Source: Candidatus Thorarchaeota archaeon
GTDB taxonomy: Archaea; Asgardarchaeota; Thorarchaeia; Thorarchaeales; Thorarchaeaceae
Assembly (NCBI GenBank): GCA_003345595.1
Contig: PRDI01000099.1
Coordinates: forward strand, 1-64,000
Reading direction: 5' to 3'
DNA: 64,000 nt
Shown here: in pieces, positions 49,310-58,726 of the stretch
Position numbering within the stretch: position 1 is the stretch's first letter
Layout of the letters: each line of letters opens with the position of its first letter
The notes under the pieces: generated by a model
What the model was told of the DNA's origin: nothing
Database searches by the model: none
Seen by the model: only the letters and a program-made list of their open reading frames with translations
Made by a program: the position numbers and the translations under genes

Positions 49310-50395
49310 TCATTGGAAATTGTACTTCTCGCTTGACAGGAGACCTGCGTTTCCGATTCTGACATTAGTGAGGCCTGCGTCTTGAGCAGCCTTCACTGCC
49401 GCCTCTGCATGCGCTCTGCTAGTGCATGGCAGGTCACTCATCATATGGTGAGGGTAGAATCCTAGGAGCGCAGTCGGGACAGTTGGGTCGCAGGATGCAA
49501 TGAAGGCGGCAAGACTTCTGACCTCAGACAGGCCTATGTAGCCCGGGATGAGAAGTATGCTAGCAATGAGAAACTCTTCCTTGCGTTTCCTTCCCCGTTG
49601 CGCCAATGCTCTGAAGTTCCTGAGGACAGTCGTGTTGGACACACCTGTCAATGCAGTGTAGAGCTCAGGAGAGTACGCCTTCAGGTCGAACTTGATTGGC
49701 CCTCTGCTCTCCCAGACAACATCCGCAATCTGCTGTAGCCACTTGCCGGAGATCAGGCCATTGGTTTCATAGCATATCTTCACATCTCGTTCTTCGCGAA
49801 GGAGCTTCGAGGTTTCGACCGTGTGCCATGCATTACACGAGGGATCGCCGCCGAAATAGCAGACGCATGCGGTCCTGTCGTCAGCCACTGCCGCGAGTTC
49901 AGAGGGGGTCATCAGAGGAGTCCCTCTCCCCATCATGCCTCGATAGCTTATGTTCTGACAGAACAGACAGTCTGAGCTGCATGTGCCATAGAATACGGCG
50001 AGGTTTTTTAGATAACGTGCATAGGGGCTGTATGCCCCGTTGCAGTGAGTCAGCGAACATACCCAGTCTGCTACGCAGTTGGTGGGCAGCAGGTCGAAGT
50101 ACCACGACACAACTGCTTTGCCGGGATACCTCTCAGCGATTCGTGAGTCAGTAACGGTCCTCAGGTGACAGAATCCATTCTCGCCCTCGTCAAGCCTGCA
50201 ATGATTTGCACATTCCGGGCACACTATTGCGCCGCCCTTTGGGACTGTCGGGACTAAGCCATCGTTCTGTCTGCTGGCCCAATGCACTCTCATCACGCGT
50301 TTCAGAGATGCACTGTTCGCCTCTAGGCACTCAGGACAGCACCCTATGGACTTCGAAATGAGTCGCCCTTCAAGGGCGTGATTTGGACAAAACAT
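49310..50395 (-). CDS. Radical SAM protein, PflA/AmmeMemo-like, with Cys-rich N-terminus
   Basis: CSSDCLFCQN, FGGDP, ETNG, KFDLK, NVRIGN. Confidence 0.9.
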   Translation of the reverse strand: MFCPNHALEGRLISKSIGCCPECLEANSASLKRVMRVHWASRQNDGLVPTVPKGGAIVCPECANHCRLDEGENGFCHLRTVTDSRIAERYPGKAVVSWYFDLLPTNCVADWVCSLTHCNGAYSPYARYLKNLAVFYGTCSSDCLFCQNISYRGMMGRGTPLMTPSELAAVADDRTACVCYFGGDPSCNAWHTVETSKLLREERDVKICYETNGLISGKWLQQIADVVWESRGPIKFDLKAYSPELYTALTGVSNTTVLRNFRALAQRGRKRKEEFLIASILLIPGYIGLSEVRSLAAFIASCDPTVPTALLGFYPHHMMSDLPCTSRAHAEAAVKAAQDAGLTNVRIGNAGLLSSEKYNFQ

Positions 50396-50557
50396 CTCAC
50401 GTACCGTGCCATAGCTACTGACTCTCTCCAGTCTATCCTTTCCAATATATCAGTATCATGGCCGCGGCGCACGATTGAGGAGGCAGCAGGAAAAGCTGGA
50501 GACTCCAACCGAATGCATCCAAGCCAGACGTGACTACTACACGGTGCGCCTCAGCTG

Positions 50558-51004
50558 CTAGCTGGGCTTGTATGCCATCGCCCCGATAATGGCAATAATG
50601 GTACTGGCTAGGAGAGTTGAGACTGGAAGGGTATCTACCTCGGCCATGTCCCCGCCAAATCCGATTAGGAGCCCGAAGAAGATGCTCAGAATCCCAAACA
50701 GGAGACCGTAGTATCGTGCACTGTAGGTCCCTCCTGAACTCCACCTACTCTCAGTCACAGTATGAACGCCGTCGGATCTCTGCTGATATCGTGTAACGCC
50801 CACGTAGCCAGGTGCCACGTGTACGGTCTTACCAGTGATGGCACATTGGAGTCCCCTAATCAGAGCAAGCGACATTATGCAGACAACGGCGTTGATGGCG
50901 AGTGCTGTTCCGGAAGCGCCGACTGCAAAGGCAATTCCTAAAGAACCATAGACCAGAATCAGGCTGATCACGTAAAGATAGGTTGTAACCGGACTTGCGA
51001 CCAT
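50558..51004 (-). CDS. Hypothetical 4-TM membrane protein
   Basis: Two TM pairs separated by a polar beta-rich loop; ATG 51004 after GGAGG. Confidence 0.65.
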   Translation of the reverse strand: MVASPVTTYLYVISLILVYGSLGIAFAVGASGTALAINAVVCIMSLALIRGLQCAITGKTVHVAPGYVGVTRYQQRSDGVHTVTESRWSSGGTYSARYYGLLFGILSIFFGLLIGFGGDMAEVDTLPVSTLLASTIIAIIGAMAYKPS

Positions 51005-51315
51005 GGCTTCGTTGCCTCCCGTTGTGCGAAATGACGGCAGTCTGTCTTCGTGTACTCTTGATGAAACACATGAGGCTCGTACGCGAACAGGAGTCTGCAA
51101 TATTATCGCATTCTCATTCGGTCCTTTATACATTTTCCCATTTCCCGCAAGATTGGCCGCAAGAGCACAATGGCCTTAGTGTGATGAAACCTGTTTCTTC
51201 AAAGAATCAATCAACAGCCAGTTGCCTGATGTTTCCGACCTGACACTTGCAGCTGGGTTTGGATTGACACTTGCCACGAAGCAACGGATAAAAAGCCGAA
51301 ACGTCTGCTCCTCGG

Positions 51316-51903
51316 TTGCCTAGGTGGACAGACTTGACCGTGGCCGAAGAGAAACCTCCAGTCGACGTAGACACAGTGGACTTGGATTTCATCCAGATGA
51401 TCAAGAAGACAGGAGGGCCAAACATTCAGAGCTGTTATCAGTGCGGTACTTGCTCAGGATCGTGCCCCGCGGGTGCTCGCACAAACTATCTCGTCAGGGG
51501 AATCATCAGAAAGGCACTCCTCGGCCTGAAGAAGGAAGTCATCTCAGCTCCGGAACTCTGGTACTGCACCACATGCTACATGTGTACTGATAGATGCCCA
51601 CAGGACGTGAAGCCGACAGATGTCATCAAGGCGATTCGCAACGTTGCGGTCGAAGAGGGATATATGCTGAAACCCCACCAGGACGTTGCGAAGAAAGTCC
51701 TAGAGGCTGGACACGCGGTACCGCTCGACAAGGACACCTGGTCTGCTCTCAGGCAGAAGTCGGGTCTCGAGCCTCTGCCCCCCAACGGTTCGTCGAATCC
51801 AAAGGTGGCTGAAGAGATACGCAAGATGGCCAAGAAGAGTGGATTTGACAAGCTCATTGGATATAGCGATACACCTCCGCCGGCAGAGAAGAAGGAGAAG
51901 TGA
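51316..51903 (+). CDS. hdrC: Heterodisulfide reductase subunit C (copy 2)
   Basis: CYQCGTCSGSCP, WYCTTCYMCTDRCP, GHAVP. Confidence 0.95.
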   Translation: MPRWTDLTVAEEKPPVDVDTVDLDFIQMIKKTGGPNIQSCYQCGTCSGSCPAGARTNYLVRGIIRKALLGLKKEVISAPELWYCTTCYMCTDRCPQDVKPTDVIKAIRNVAVEEGYMLKPHQDVAKKVLEAGHAVPLDKDTWSALRQKSGLEPLPPNGSSNPKVAEEIRKMAKKSGFDKLIGYSDTPPPAEKKEK

Positions 51904-52838
51904 ACAACTTGTCGAAGAGGCCTGCGTACTATCATTTCTTGGGCTGCATCATTCCTCACCGGTATCCGAGCATCGAGAAAGCTGCCAAGTTGGTCTTCAA
52001 TGACCTCGGGATCGACTTGCTAGACATGGTGGGTGCTAGTTGCTGTCCTGCCCCCGGAGTCTTTGGTTCATTCGACAGGGTGATGTGGGCCACAATCGCG
52101 GCGCGCAATCTCACCATCGCAGAACAAGGCGGTCACCCACTTACCACAGGCTGCAACGGTTGTTTTGCCAGTCTCTGGGACGCGAATCACGAGCTGAAGG
52201 AAGACGAAGAACTTAGAGCGGCTGTCAACCGCAATCTGGCCGAGATTGGACGAGAGTTCAAAGGCACGACAGAAGTCACCCACTACATCGATGTTCTCTA
52301 CGGTGTTGCGGGTATGCAGAAGCTGAAGGAGCATGTCACACATCCATTCACTGGAGTGAGAATGGCACTTCACCCAGGGTGTCACTGGATGCGTCCAGCG
52401 TTGGTCAAGAAGAAGGACAATAGCGAGCGTCCTCACATATTCAGGGAGATCTGCGAGGCCACAGGAGCAAAATACGTTCACTACAAGGATGAGCTGATGT
52501 GCTGCGGAGCTGGTGGTGCAGTCCGCACAGCAGACGTCAAGATTGCGCTTGAATTCACAAAGCAAAAGTTCGACAGTATCCTCGCAGCCGGTGGTGCCGA
52601 TGTGATTGTGACTCCCTGCCCCTTCTGCCTCCTTCAACTGGACATGGGTCAAGTGGAGATTCAGAAGATCTTCGGGGTTGAGTACAAGTTCGACGTGATG
52701 CATGTTGCCGAGTTGCTCGCGTTGGCATTTGGGCATCAGCCAGAGGAGTTTGGGCTTGCGAGCCATCTACAGTACGCCCAGAGGAAGACCGAGCCAAACT
52801 GGCAGCGACTGAAACTGAGGGCCAAGGCAACCGCATAG
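51900..52838 (+). CDS. hdrB: Heterodisulfide reductase subunit B (copy 2)
   Basis: FLGC, CCPAPG, CNGC, GCH, CCGAGG, CPFC; GTGA overlap. Confidence 0.95.
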   Translation: MNNLSKRPAYYHFLGCIIPHRYPSIEKAAKLVFNDLGIDLLDMVGASCCPAPGVFGSFDRVMWATIAARNLTIAEQGGHPLTTGCNGCFASLWDANHELKEDEELRAAVNRNLAEIGREFKGTTEVTHYIDVLYGVAGMQKLKEHVTHPFTGVRMALHPGCHWMRPALVKKKDNSERPHIFREICEATGAKYVHYKDELMCCGAGGAVRTADVKIALEFTKQKFDSILAAGGADVIVTPCPFCLLQLDMGQVEIQKIFGVEYKFDVMHVAELLALAFGHQPEEFGLASHLQYAQRKTEPNWQRLKLRAKATA

Positions 52839-52886
52839 AACATTTATGAAGGTCCGTTTCTCTGTTAGGAACGAGGTCCAACTGCT

Positions 52887-53774
52887 TTGAGAAACTGGCT
52901 AGATGAGATGGACTACCTGAGCCTAGGAAGACGAGTTCGATTGCACCGTTTGATGTATGAGCATGGCCCGGGCAATGGGCACATGTTGTTACTTCCCATC
53001 GATCAGGGCCTTGAGCATGGTCCTGCCGATTTCATACCCAATCCTCCGTCAGGCGACCCAGATTTTCAGTTCAGGCTTGCTTTGGAGGGCGGCTTCTCGG
53101 GAATCGCACTCCATCTAGGGCTTGCTCAGAAGTACGCGACAAAGTATGCTGGAACCGTGCCAATCATCCTAAAACTCAACGGAAGGACGACGATTCCTCC
53201 CGAGAGCTATCCAATATCCCCTATGACCGCCTCAGTAGAAGACGCGGTACGAATCGGGGCAGACGCGGTGGGCTATACTCTATTTGTTGGCAGTCCAAGG
53301 CAGTATGACGACTTCAACCAGTTCAGGAAAGTAAAGGCTGATGCAGACCGATATGGAATGCCAGTCATCATGTGGGCGTATCCAAGGGGACAGGCAGTCG
53401 ATGCCAAGGGCGGGCGTGACTCTCTCTTTGCCGTGGACTATGCAGCACGTGTTGCAAACGAGCTCGGTGCTGACGCAGTGAAGATCAGCATGCCTGCCGA
53501 GGACCCCAAGACGAAGTCGCTTCAGCCAAAACCGTATGACACGCTGAAACTGAGCTATGAGAAGTCCGTAAGGAAAGTCATAAAGTCGGCAGGCAAGACA
53601 CTCGTCCTGTTCTCAGGTGGAGGCAAGATCAGCGATGAAGAGCTGTTGCGCAAGGCGAGCGTATGTCTTGAGGAAGGTGCGGCTGGTCTGATTTTCGGCA
53701 GGAACATCTGGCAACGTGAGTGGAACGATGCACTGGCGATGGCTAGGGCTCTCAAGGACTTGATGGGGGCCTAG
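52887..53774 (+). CDS. Class I (DhnA-type) fructose-bisphosphate aldolase
   Basis: PIDQGLEHGP, LKLNG, WAYPRG, GADAVK Schiff-base Lys, SGG, GRNIWQ. Confidence 0.92.
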   Translation: MRNWLDEMDYLSLGRRVRLHRLMYEHGPGNGHMLLLPIDQGLEHGPADFIPNPPSGDPDFQFRLALEGGFSGIALHLGLAQKYATKYAGTVPIILKLNGRTTIPPESYPISPMTASVEDAVRIGADAVGYTLFVGSPRQYDDFNQFRKVKADADRYGMPVIMWAYPRGQAVDAKGGRDSLFAVDYAARVANELGADAVKISMPAEDPKTKSLQPKPYDTLKLSYEKSVRKVIKSAGKTLVLFSGGGKISDEELLRKASVCLEEGAAGLIFGRNIWQREWNDALAMARALKDLMGA

Positions 53775-53859
53775 TGCAGTTCCGAACAAGATGTTCTAGA
53801 TAACAAACGTTTTATCGTGCTATCCAGAAGCCGCGGACTATCACCCTCCAAGAGGACAC

Positions 53860-56800
53860 ATGATGGCAGAGGCCTCAGTAAAACCCGTCGTTATCATAGG
53901 CGCTGGGATCGCAGGCATTCGCGCAGCCCTCGATCTCGCAGGCATGGGCGTCAAGGTGTACATGGTTGAGAAGCAACCATCTATCGGCGGGCACATGGCA
54001 CAGCTCGACAAGACATTCCCCACACTGGACTGCTCCATGTGTATCATGGGTCCGTGGATGGTCGACTGTTCCCGACACCCGAACATCACAATCATGGCCT
54101 ACTCGGAGGTTGTTGGCGTATCAGGGGAGCGAGGGGACTTCAAGGTGAAGGTCTTGAAGCACACTCGCCGTGTAGACCCCAGCAAGTGTACTGGCTGTGG
54201 TGAATGTCAACGCGTATGTCCCATCGAAGTTCCCAACGAGTATGACCTTGGCCTGAAGATGCGAAAGGCCGCCTACATTCCATTTCCTCAGGCAGTGCCC
54301 AATATCGCGACGATCGACATTGAGAACTGCATCCAGTGCATGACCTGCGTGAATACCTGCAAGGCCCAAGCCATCAACTTTGAGATTTCTGATGAAACCG
54401 TTGAGATCAACGCAGGCGCTCTGATCGTCGCCACTGGCTATGCGTTACTAGATGCTTCAACCGTGCCAGAGTACGGCTACGGCCGGTTTCCTAACGTTGT
54501 CACGAGCCTTGAGTATGAGCGGATGGTTTCCGCAAGTGGGCCCACTGGAGGAGTCTTGGTGCGTCCTTCTGACGGTCGGGAGCCTCATCACATCGCCTTC
54601 ATACAGTGTGTCGGCTCACGCGATGTGAATCACTGTGCTTACTGTTCTAGGATCTGCTGCACTTATGCCACAAAAGAGGCCATCATCACAAAGGAGCACA
54701 CGCCAGACGTGCACATTGACATATTGTACAATGACCTCCGCGTCTTTGGCAAGGGGTTCGAGGAATTTCTGGTCCGGGGCGAGAAGGAGTATGGGATTAC
54801 ATACGTCAAAGGCCTACCGAGCGAGATATCCGAGGACTATGAAACACACGACTTGTCCATTCGACACAGTGACACCAAGGGGCGGGAGGTACTGCAAGAC
54901 AAGTATGACTTAGTGGTCCTTTGTCCTGCAATGGTGCCCAACGAGAATGGCGCCCTCTTCAAGAAGCTCGGCATTCAAGTCGACAACTACGGCTACGTAC
55001 AGGGTCTCAGCGAGCAGATTGACAGCGTCCAATCAGGCGTGCCCGGAATCAGCATCTGTGGGACCGTGAACAGGCCAAAAGATATTCCTGATTCTGTGAC
55101 GCAAGGCAGCGCAGCTGCTGCACTTGCTGCACTCGACGTGGTCATACCTAAAGCCGCCGAAACAGAAGTCCTGACAGAGAAAGACCTCGATCTCATGACT
55201 GCGGAGCCGCGGATTGGCGTGTTCATCTGTTCCTGCGGTATCAACATCGCTGGGACCGTGGATGTTGCGGAAGTCACCCGATATGCGGGTACTCTGCCAA
55301 ACGTTGTTCACTCTCAAAATCTGCTATACTCATGCTCATCTGATGCTCAAGTCGTCATCAAGGACGCCATCAAACAGCACAAGCTCAACCGAGTAGTAGT
55401 CGCGTCCTGCACTCCAAGAACCCATGAGCCCCTCTTCAGAGCGACAATCGAGCAGGCAGGGCTCAACAAATATCTCTTCGAGATGGCCAACATCCGAGAG
55501 CATTGTTCATGGATTCACCAGTCCGTCAAGGATGAGGCCACCTCCAAGGCGATGGACCTCGTGCGAATGGCAGTTGCGAAGTCAAGGCTGCTAGAACCTC
55601 AGGAAGAGGCGGTAACGAAGGTAGAGCCCGCAGCCCTTGTCATCGGTGCAGGGGTAGCCGGCATGTCTGCTGCGGAGCTGATTGCAGGGAAGGGCTTCAA
55701 GGTCTATTTGGTCGAGAAGGAGAAGCGGGTCGGAGGACTCCTGAAGGATCTACGTACTGTGAGCTTCGATTTCAAGCCCGCTGCAGAAGTCATTGGAGAA
55801 CATGAGTCCTCGATCAAGAACGCGCCAGGCATTGAGCTGATGCTTGGCTCTGAGGTGACAGAAGCAAAGGGCTCGATTGGTGACTTTGAGGTCACCGTCA
55901 CAACGGGAAAGAAGCAGAAGCAGCTGAAGGTCGGAGTGGTCGTCGTAGCAACCGGGGCTGTTCAGCTTGACGAGAAAGGCCTCTATGGTCTTCACAAGAT
56001 TCCCGACGTGATGACGGAGCTTGAGTTCAACCAATGGCTCGGGCAAGAGGAAGCGATGCAGGACGACCAGACCTTTGCAGTCATCCACTGTGCAGGATCG
56101 CGGGAGGATGAGTCGCTCGAAGGTGCCCGGACATGGTGCTCTGCTGTTTGCTGTACTGTTGCTCTCGAACATACACTCGAGCTGCTTGAGAAGCACCCCG
56201 GCTCACGGGTGTTCCACATATACAGAGACCTCAGGGTTTCCTATGCAGGTGAGGACAAGTATCGCGAAGCCCGGAAGAAGGGTGTTGTCTTCATCAGGTT
56301 TGACAAGGACTCTCCGCCAGAGGTGAAGAAGGGGAAGAACAAAGCACTCAGGGTCGAGGTCACTGACCAGATACTCGGGGCCAAGCTTCTGCTAGATGTA
56401 GATCACGTGATTCTGGCCACTGCCATGGTCCCCCGCGAAACAAACAAGCAGGTTTCAGAGCTGTTCAAGGTGCCACTGAACATGTCCGGCTTCTTCATGG
56501 AGGCCCACCCCAAGCTGAGGCCTGTAGACTTCCAGACTGACGGTATTTACGTCGCTGGCACTGCCACTGCCCCGAAGTCAATCGACGAGGCAATCTCTCA
56601 AGGCAGGGGCGCTGCTGCGAGAGCCCTTGTGCCCTTGGTCAGCGGGATAAGAAAGGCTGAGGCTATAGTCTCTGTCGTGGACCCCGAAGTATGTGTTGGA
56701 TGCGGGACTTGCGAGATCAACTGCGCCTACAACGCGATTGAGGTGGTCCCGGGTGAGGGCGGACACGATTATGCGGTTTCGAATCCTGTTTTGTGCCAAG

Positions 56801-57315
56801 GGTGCGGCCGTTGCGCAGCGGGGTGCCCAAGTTCCGCTATCACAATGAAGCACTTTACCGATGACCAGATACTCGCCCAGATACGCGCCGCTCTTCAGGA
56901 TGTGCCTGCCAACCAGTCACGCATACTCACAATTGTCTGCAACTGGTGCAGTTATGCAGGAGCTGACAACGCAGGAGTATCGAGACTGCAGCAGCCGACC
57001 AACGTGCGCGACATCCGTGTGATGTGCACAGGGCGTATCAGTGTGACACACATTCTCGAAGCATTCAGGCTAGGGGCTGACATGGTCTGGATATCAGGTT
57101 GCCACATCGGTGACTGCCACTACGTGGACGGCAATATCGCATTTGAGAGACGGTTCGCCATTGCCAAGAAGATCATTGAGAAGGCTGGGCTTGAAACCGA
57201 GCGCCTGCAGTTTACTCATATCAGTGCGAGTGAGGGCTCAATCTGGGCTGAAACTGTCAGAAAGCTGTCTGAGCTTGCTGACAGACTAGGTCCTAGTCCT
57301 CTCAGGCAAAGGTAA
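53860..57315 (+). CDS. hdrA: Double HdrA-like protein fused to MvhD
   Basis: Two GAGxxG FAD domains, DKTFPTLDCSMC, two CxGSR...CSxxCC motifs, internal VFICSCG domain, two ferredoxin domains, C-terminal CNWC/MCTGR/GCHIGDCHY. Confidence 0.95.
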   Translation: MMAEASVKPVVIIGAGIAGIRAALDLAGMGVKVYMVEKQPSIGGHMAQLDKTFPTLDCSMCIMGPWMVDCSRHPNITIMAYSEVVGVSGERGDFKVKVLKHTRRVDPSKCTGCGECQRVCPIEVPNEYDLGLKMRKAAYIPFPQAVPNIATIDIENCIQCMTCVNTCKAQAINFEISDETVEINAGALIVATGYALLDASTVPEYGYGRFPNVVTSLEYERMVSASGPTGGVLVRPSDGREPHHIAFIQCVGSRDVNHCAYCSRICCTYATKEAIITKEHTPDVHIDILYNDLRVFGKGFEEFLVRGEKEYGITYVKGLPSEISEDYETHDLSIRHSDTKGREVLQDKYDLVVLCPAMVPNENGALFKKLGIQVDNYGYVQGLSEQIDSVQSGVPGISICGTVNRPKDIPDSVTQGSAAAALAALDVVIPKAAETEVLTEKDLDLMTAEPRIGVFICSCGINIAGTVDVAEVTRYAGTLPNVVHSQNLLYSCSSDAQVVIKDAIKQHKLNRVVVASCTPRTHEPLFRATIEQAGLNKYLFEMANIREHCSWIHQSVKDEATSKAMDLVRMAVAKSRLLEPQEEAVTKVEPAALVIGAGVAGMSAAELIAGKGFKVYLVEKEKRVGGLLKDLRTVSFDFKPAAEVIGEHESSIKNAPGIELMLGSEVTEAKGSIGDFEVTVTTGKKQKQLKVGVVVVATGAVQLDEKGLYGLHKIPDVMTELEFNQWLGQEEAMQDDQTFAVIHCAGSREDESLEGARTWCSAVCCTVALEHTLELLEKHPGSRVFHIYRDLRVSYAGEDKYREARKKGVVFIRFDKDSPPEVKKGKNKALRVEVTDQILGAKLLLDVDHVILATAMVPRETNKQVSELFKVPLNMSGFFMEAHPKLRPVDFQTDGIYVAGTATAPKSIDEAISQGRGAAARALVPLVSGIRKAEAIVSVVDPEVCVGCGTCEINCAYNAIEVVPGEGGHDYAVSNPVLCQGCGRCAAGCPSSAITMKHFTDDQILAQIRAALQDVPANQSRILTIVCNWCSYAGADNAGVSRLQQPTNVRDIRVMCTGRISVTHILEAFRLGADMVWISGCHIGDCHYVDGNIAFERRFAIAKKIIEKAGLETERLQFTHISASEGSIWAETVRKLSELADRLGPSPLRQR

Positions 57316-57366
57316 CGACTCCTCAAGAGTGTAGAAGGGGTCGGTTGAATCTCTCTCGGTGCAATC

Positions 57367-57402
57367 GTCTGCCCGGACAGGGCCTGGGGGCCCTGACCAG
57401 AC
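57367..57402. terminator. GC-rich hairpin between convergent genes
   Basis: CAGGGCC-TGGG-GGCCCTG, extended by GG/CC and GTCT/AGAC. Confidence 0.45.
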
Positions 57403-57428
57403 AGGTTGTCTACTCTCTGGGTGACTGT

Positions 57429-58034
57429 TTAGGGCATGCTACCAAGAAACGAACCCAGAATCAGTAGCCCGATAATGACTAGAAGAAAGAATATGATGCA
57501 GATGCAGGATCCACAGCCACCGCGTCCTTTGAAGAATATCCTGTCAACAACGACCGCAGACGCGACGGCATGTAGCCAGTCCATGTAGTCCCCTACTGAA
57601 ACACGGAACTGGTCCCTGACCGCCAGTATCTTCTTGTCAAGCCGGAAGGCGAATGCACCCACACTGTTGTTTGCCTCAAAACCCCATGCCAACAGTCCGC
57701 CTTGGGCTTTCAACACGTCGTCACGATAGAAGATCTTGAAGTTCTTGCGGAGAGCAATCCATGGCCGCGTGAGCTTCGCGATCGTCTTTCCCTCGCGATC
57801 CTTGAGCCAGAAGGTCTTGTCAAAGAAGCCTCCCTTTGCAGTGAGAATCTTATTGCCTTGAGCATCCTCGAAATTAACTGTTGACCTGAAGATGCTGAAC
57901 CAAGTTTGCCTTGCAATCGCGATCTTCTCACCTGTCTGTTCATCATATATCTCGAATACAGGTCGCGCCGCTATAATCTTCTGAACGACCTTGAAGTTAC
58001 GGTGCCCACCTGGTGTGCTTTTGCCTACTTCCAC
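57429..58034 (-). CDS. LURP-one/scramblase (Tubby-C-like) protein with C-terminal TM anchor
   Basis: FKVVQKI...FEIYDE, beta-hairpin repeats, VRDQFRV, ASAVVVD helix, CGSCIC + TM. Confidence 0.8.
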   Translation of the reverse strand: MEVGKSTPGGHRNFKVVQKIIAARPVFEIYDEQTGEKIAIARQTWFSIFRSTVNFEDAQGNKILTAKGGFFDKTFWLKDREGKTIAKLTRPWIALRKNFKIFYRDDVLKAQGGLLAWGFEANNSVGAFAFRLDKKILAVRDQFRVSVGDYMDWLHAVASAVVVDRIFFKGRGGCGSCICIIFFLLVIIGLLILGSFLGSMP

Positions 58035-58203
58035 TGATGATACCTCTCTTGTTGTCGCGCCTTACTATGCTATTAAACAATAGTCGTTTCTCTAGGTCCG
58101 AACCAAGCCCAGCGAGGTGTCTGCCCATCCCGGCGCGGCCAAGACACTACTGATATAAGAGGGCGGTTTTCCGTCGGCTCCGTCATTGCTCCGAGGTGGA
58201 ATC

Positions 58204-58725
58204 ATGGCGACTGAGACCTGGGGCCAGCTCAAATCCCTTGAAGGCAGCAAGCTCGAAATCCTTGACGCTGAGTTCACCAGAGAGGTGTCAAAGATTATCG
58301 GAGGTCAGGACCTCACTGCATGCTTCCAATGTGCGAAGTGCAGTGGTGGATGCCCCGTTTCTGACAAAGTGAATGTGCAGGTACATCAACTGATGAGGAT
58401 GCTTCTCTTCGGTCTTGAAGAAGTCCTCAAGACAGACATGGTCTGGCTATGCACAACTTGTTACCAGTGCCAACAGAGATGTCCTCAAGGTATCAACATC
58501 ACTGACATAATCTTCGGTCTCAAGAATATGGCCTTTCGTAAGGGCATTAACCCACCCGGCTATGTTGCATCACGGAAAGCACTGTACGACTCGGGCAAGC
58601 TCTATGAACCGACTGACTGGGAGCGAGATGACCTTGGTCTGGGTCCGGTCCCGCCTTTGGATGTCGCCGAGACAAGGAAGGTCTTAGACAAGACTGGGCT
58701 GATGAAACTCCGGGAGGGCGAGTGA
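58204..58725 (+). CDS. hdrC: Heterodisulfide reductase subunit C (copy 3)
   Basis: CFQCAKCSGGCP, WLCTTCYQCQQRCP; ATG 58204 after GAGGTG. Confidence 0.93.
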   Translation: MATETWGQLKSLEGSKLEILDAEFTREVSKIIGGQDLTACFQCAKCSGGCPVSDKVNVQVHQLMRMLLFGLEEVLKTDMVWLCTTCYQCQQRCPQGINITDIIFGLKNMAFRKGINPPGYVASRKALYDSGKLYEPTDWERDDLGLGPVPPLDVAETRKVLDKTGLMKLREGE

Positions 58726-58726
58726 T

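Noticed and set aside
51178-51247. Possible box C/D sRNA (GTGATGA...CTGA with AGTG/CACT ends)
   Set aside because: No convincing D'/C' boxes or guide spacing, and the terminal stem gives a non-canonical K-turn bulge; could be chance
43151-52766. Long antisense ORFs (43151..43747, 43890..44414, 49696..50154, 52068..52766)
   Set aside because: They are shadows of well-supported genes on the opposite strand
53860-57402. Selenocysteine recoding of HdrA/MvhD, with the downstream hairpin as SECIS
   Set aside because: The DCxxC position and the MvhD ligands are TGT/TGC Cys codons, the ORF has no in-frame TGA, and the hairpin lacks the AUGA/GA or GAA/A core
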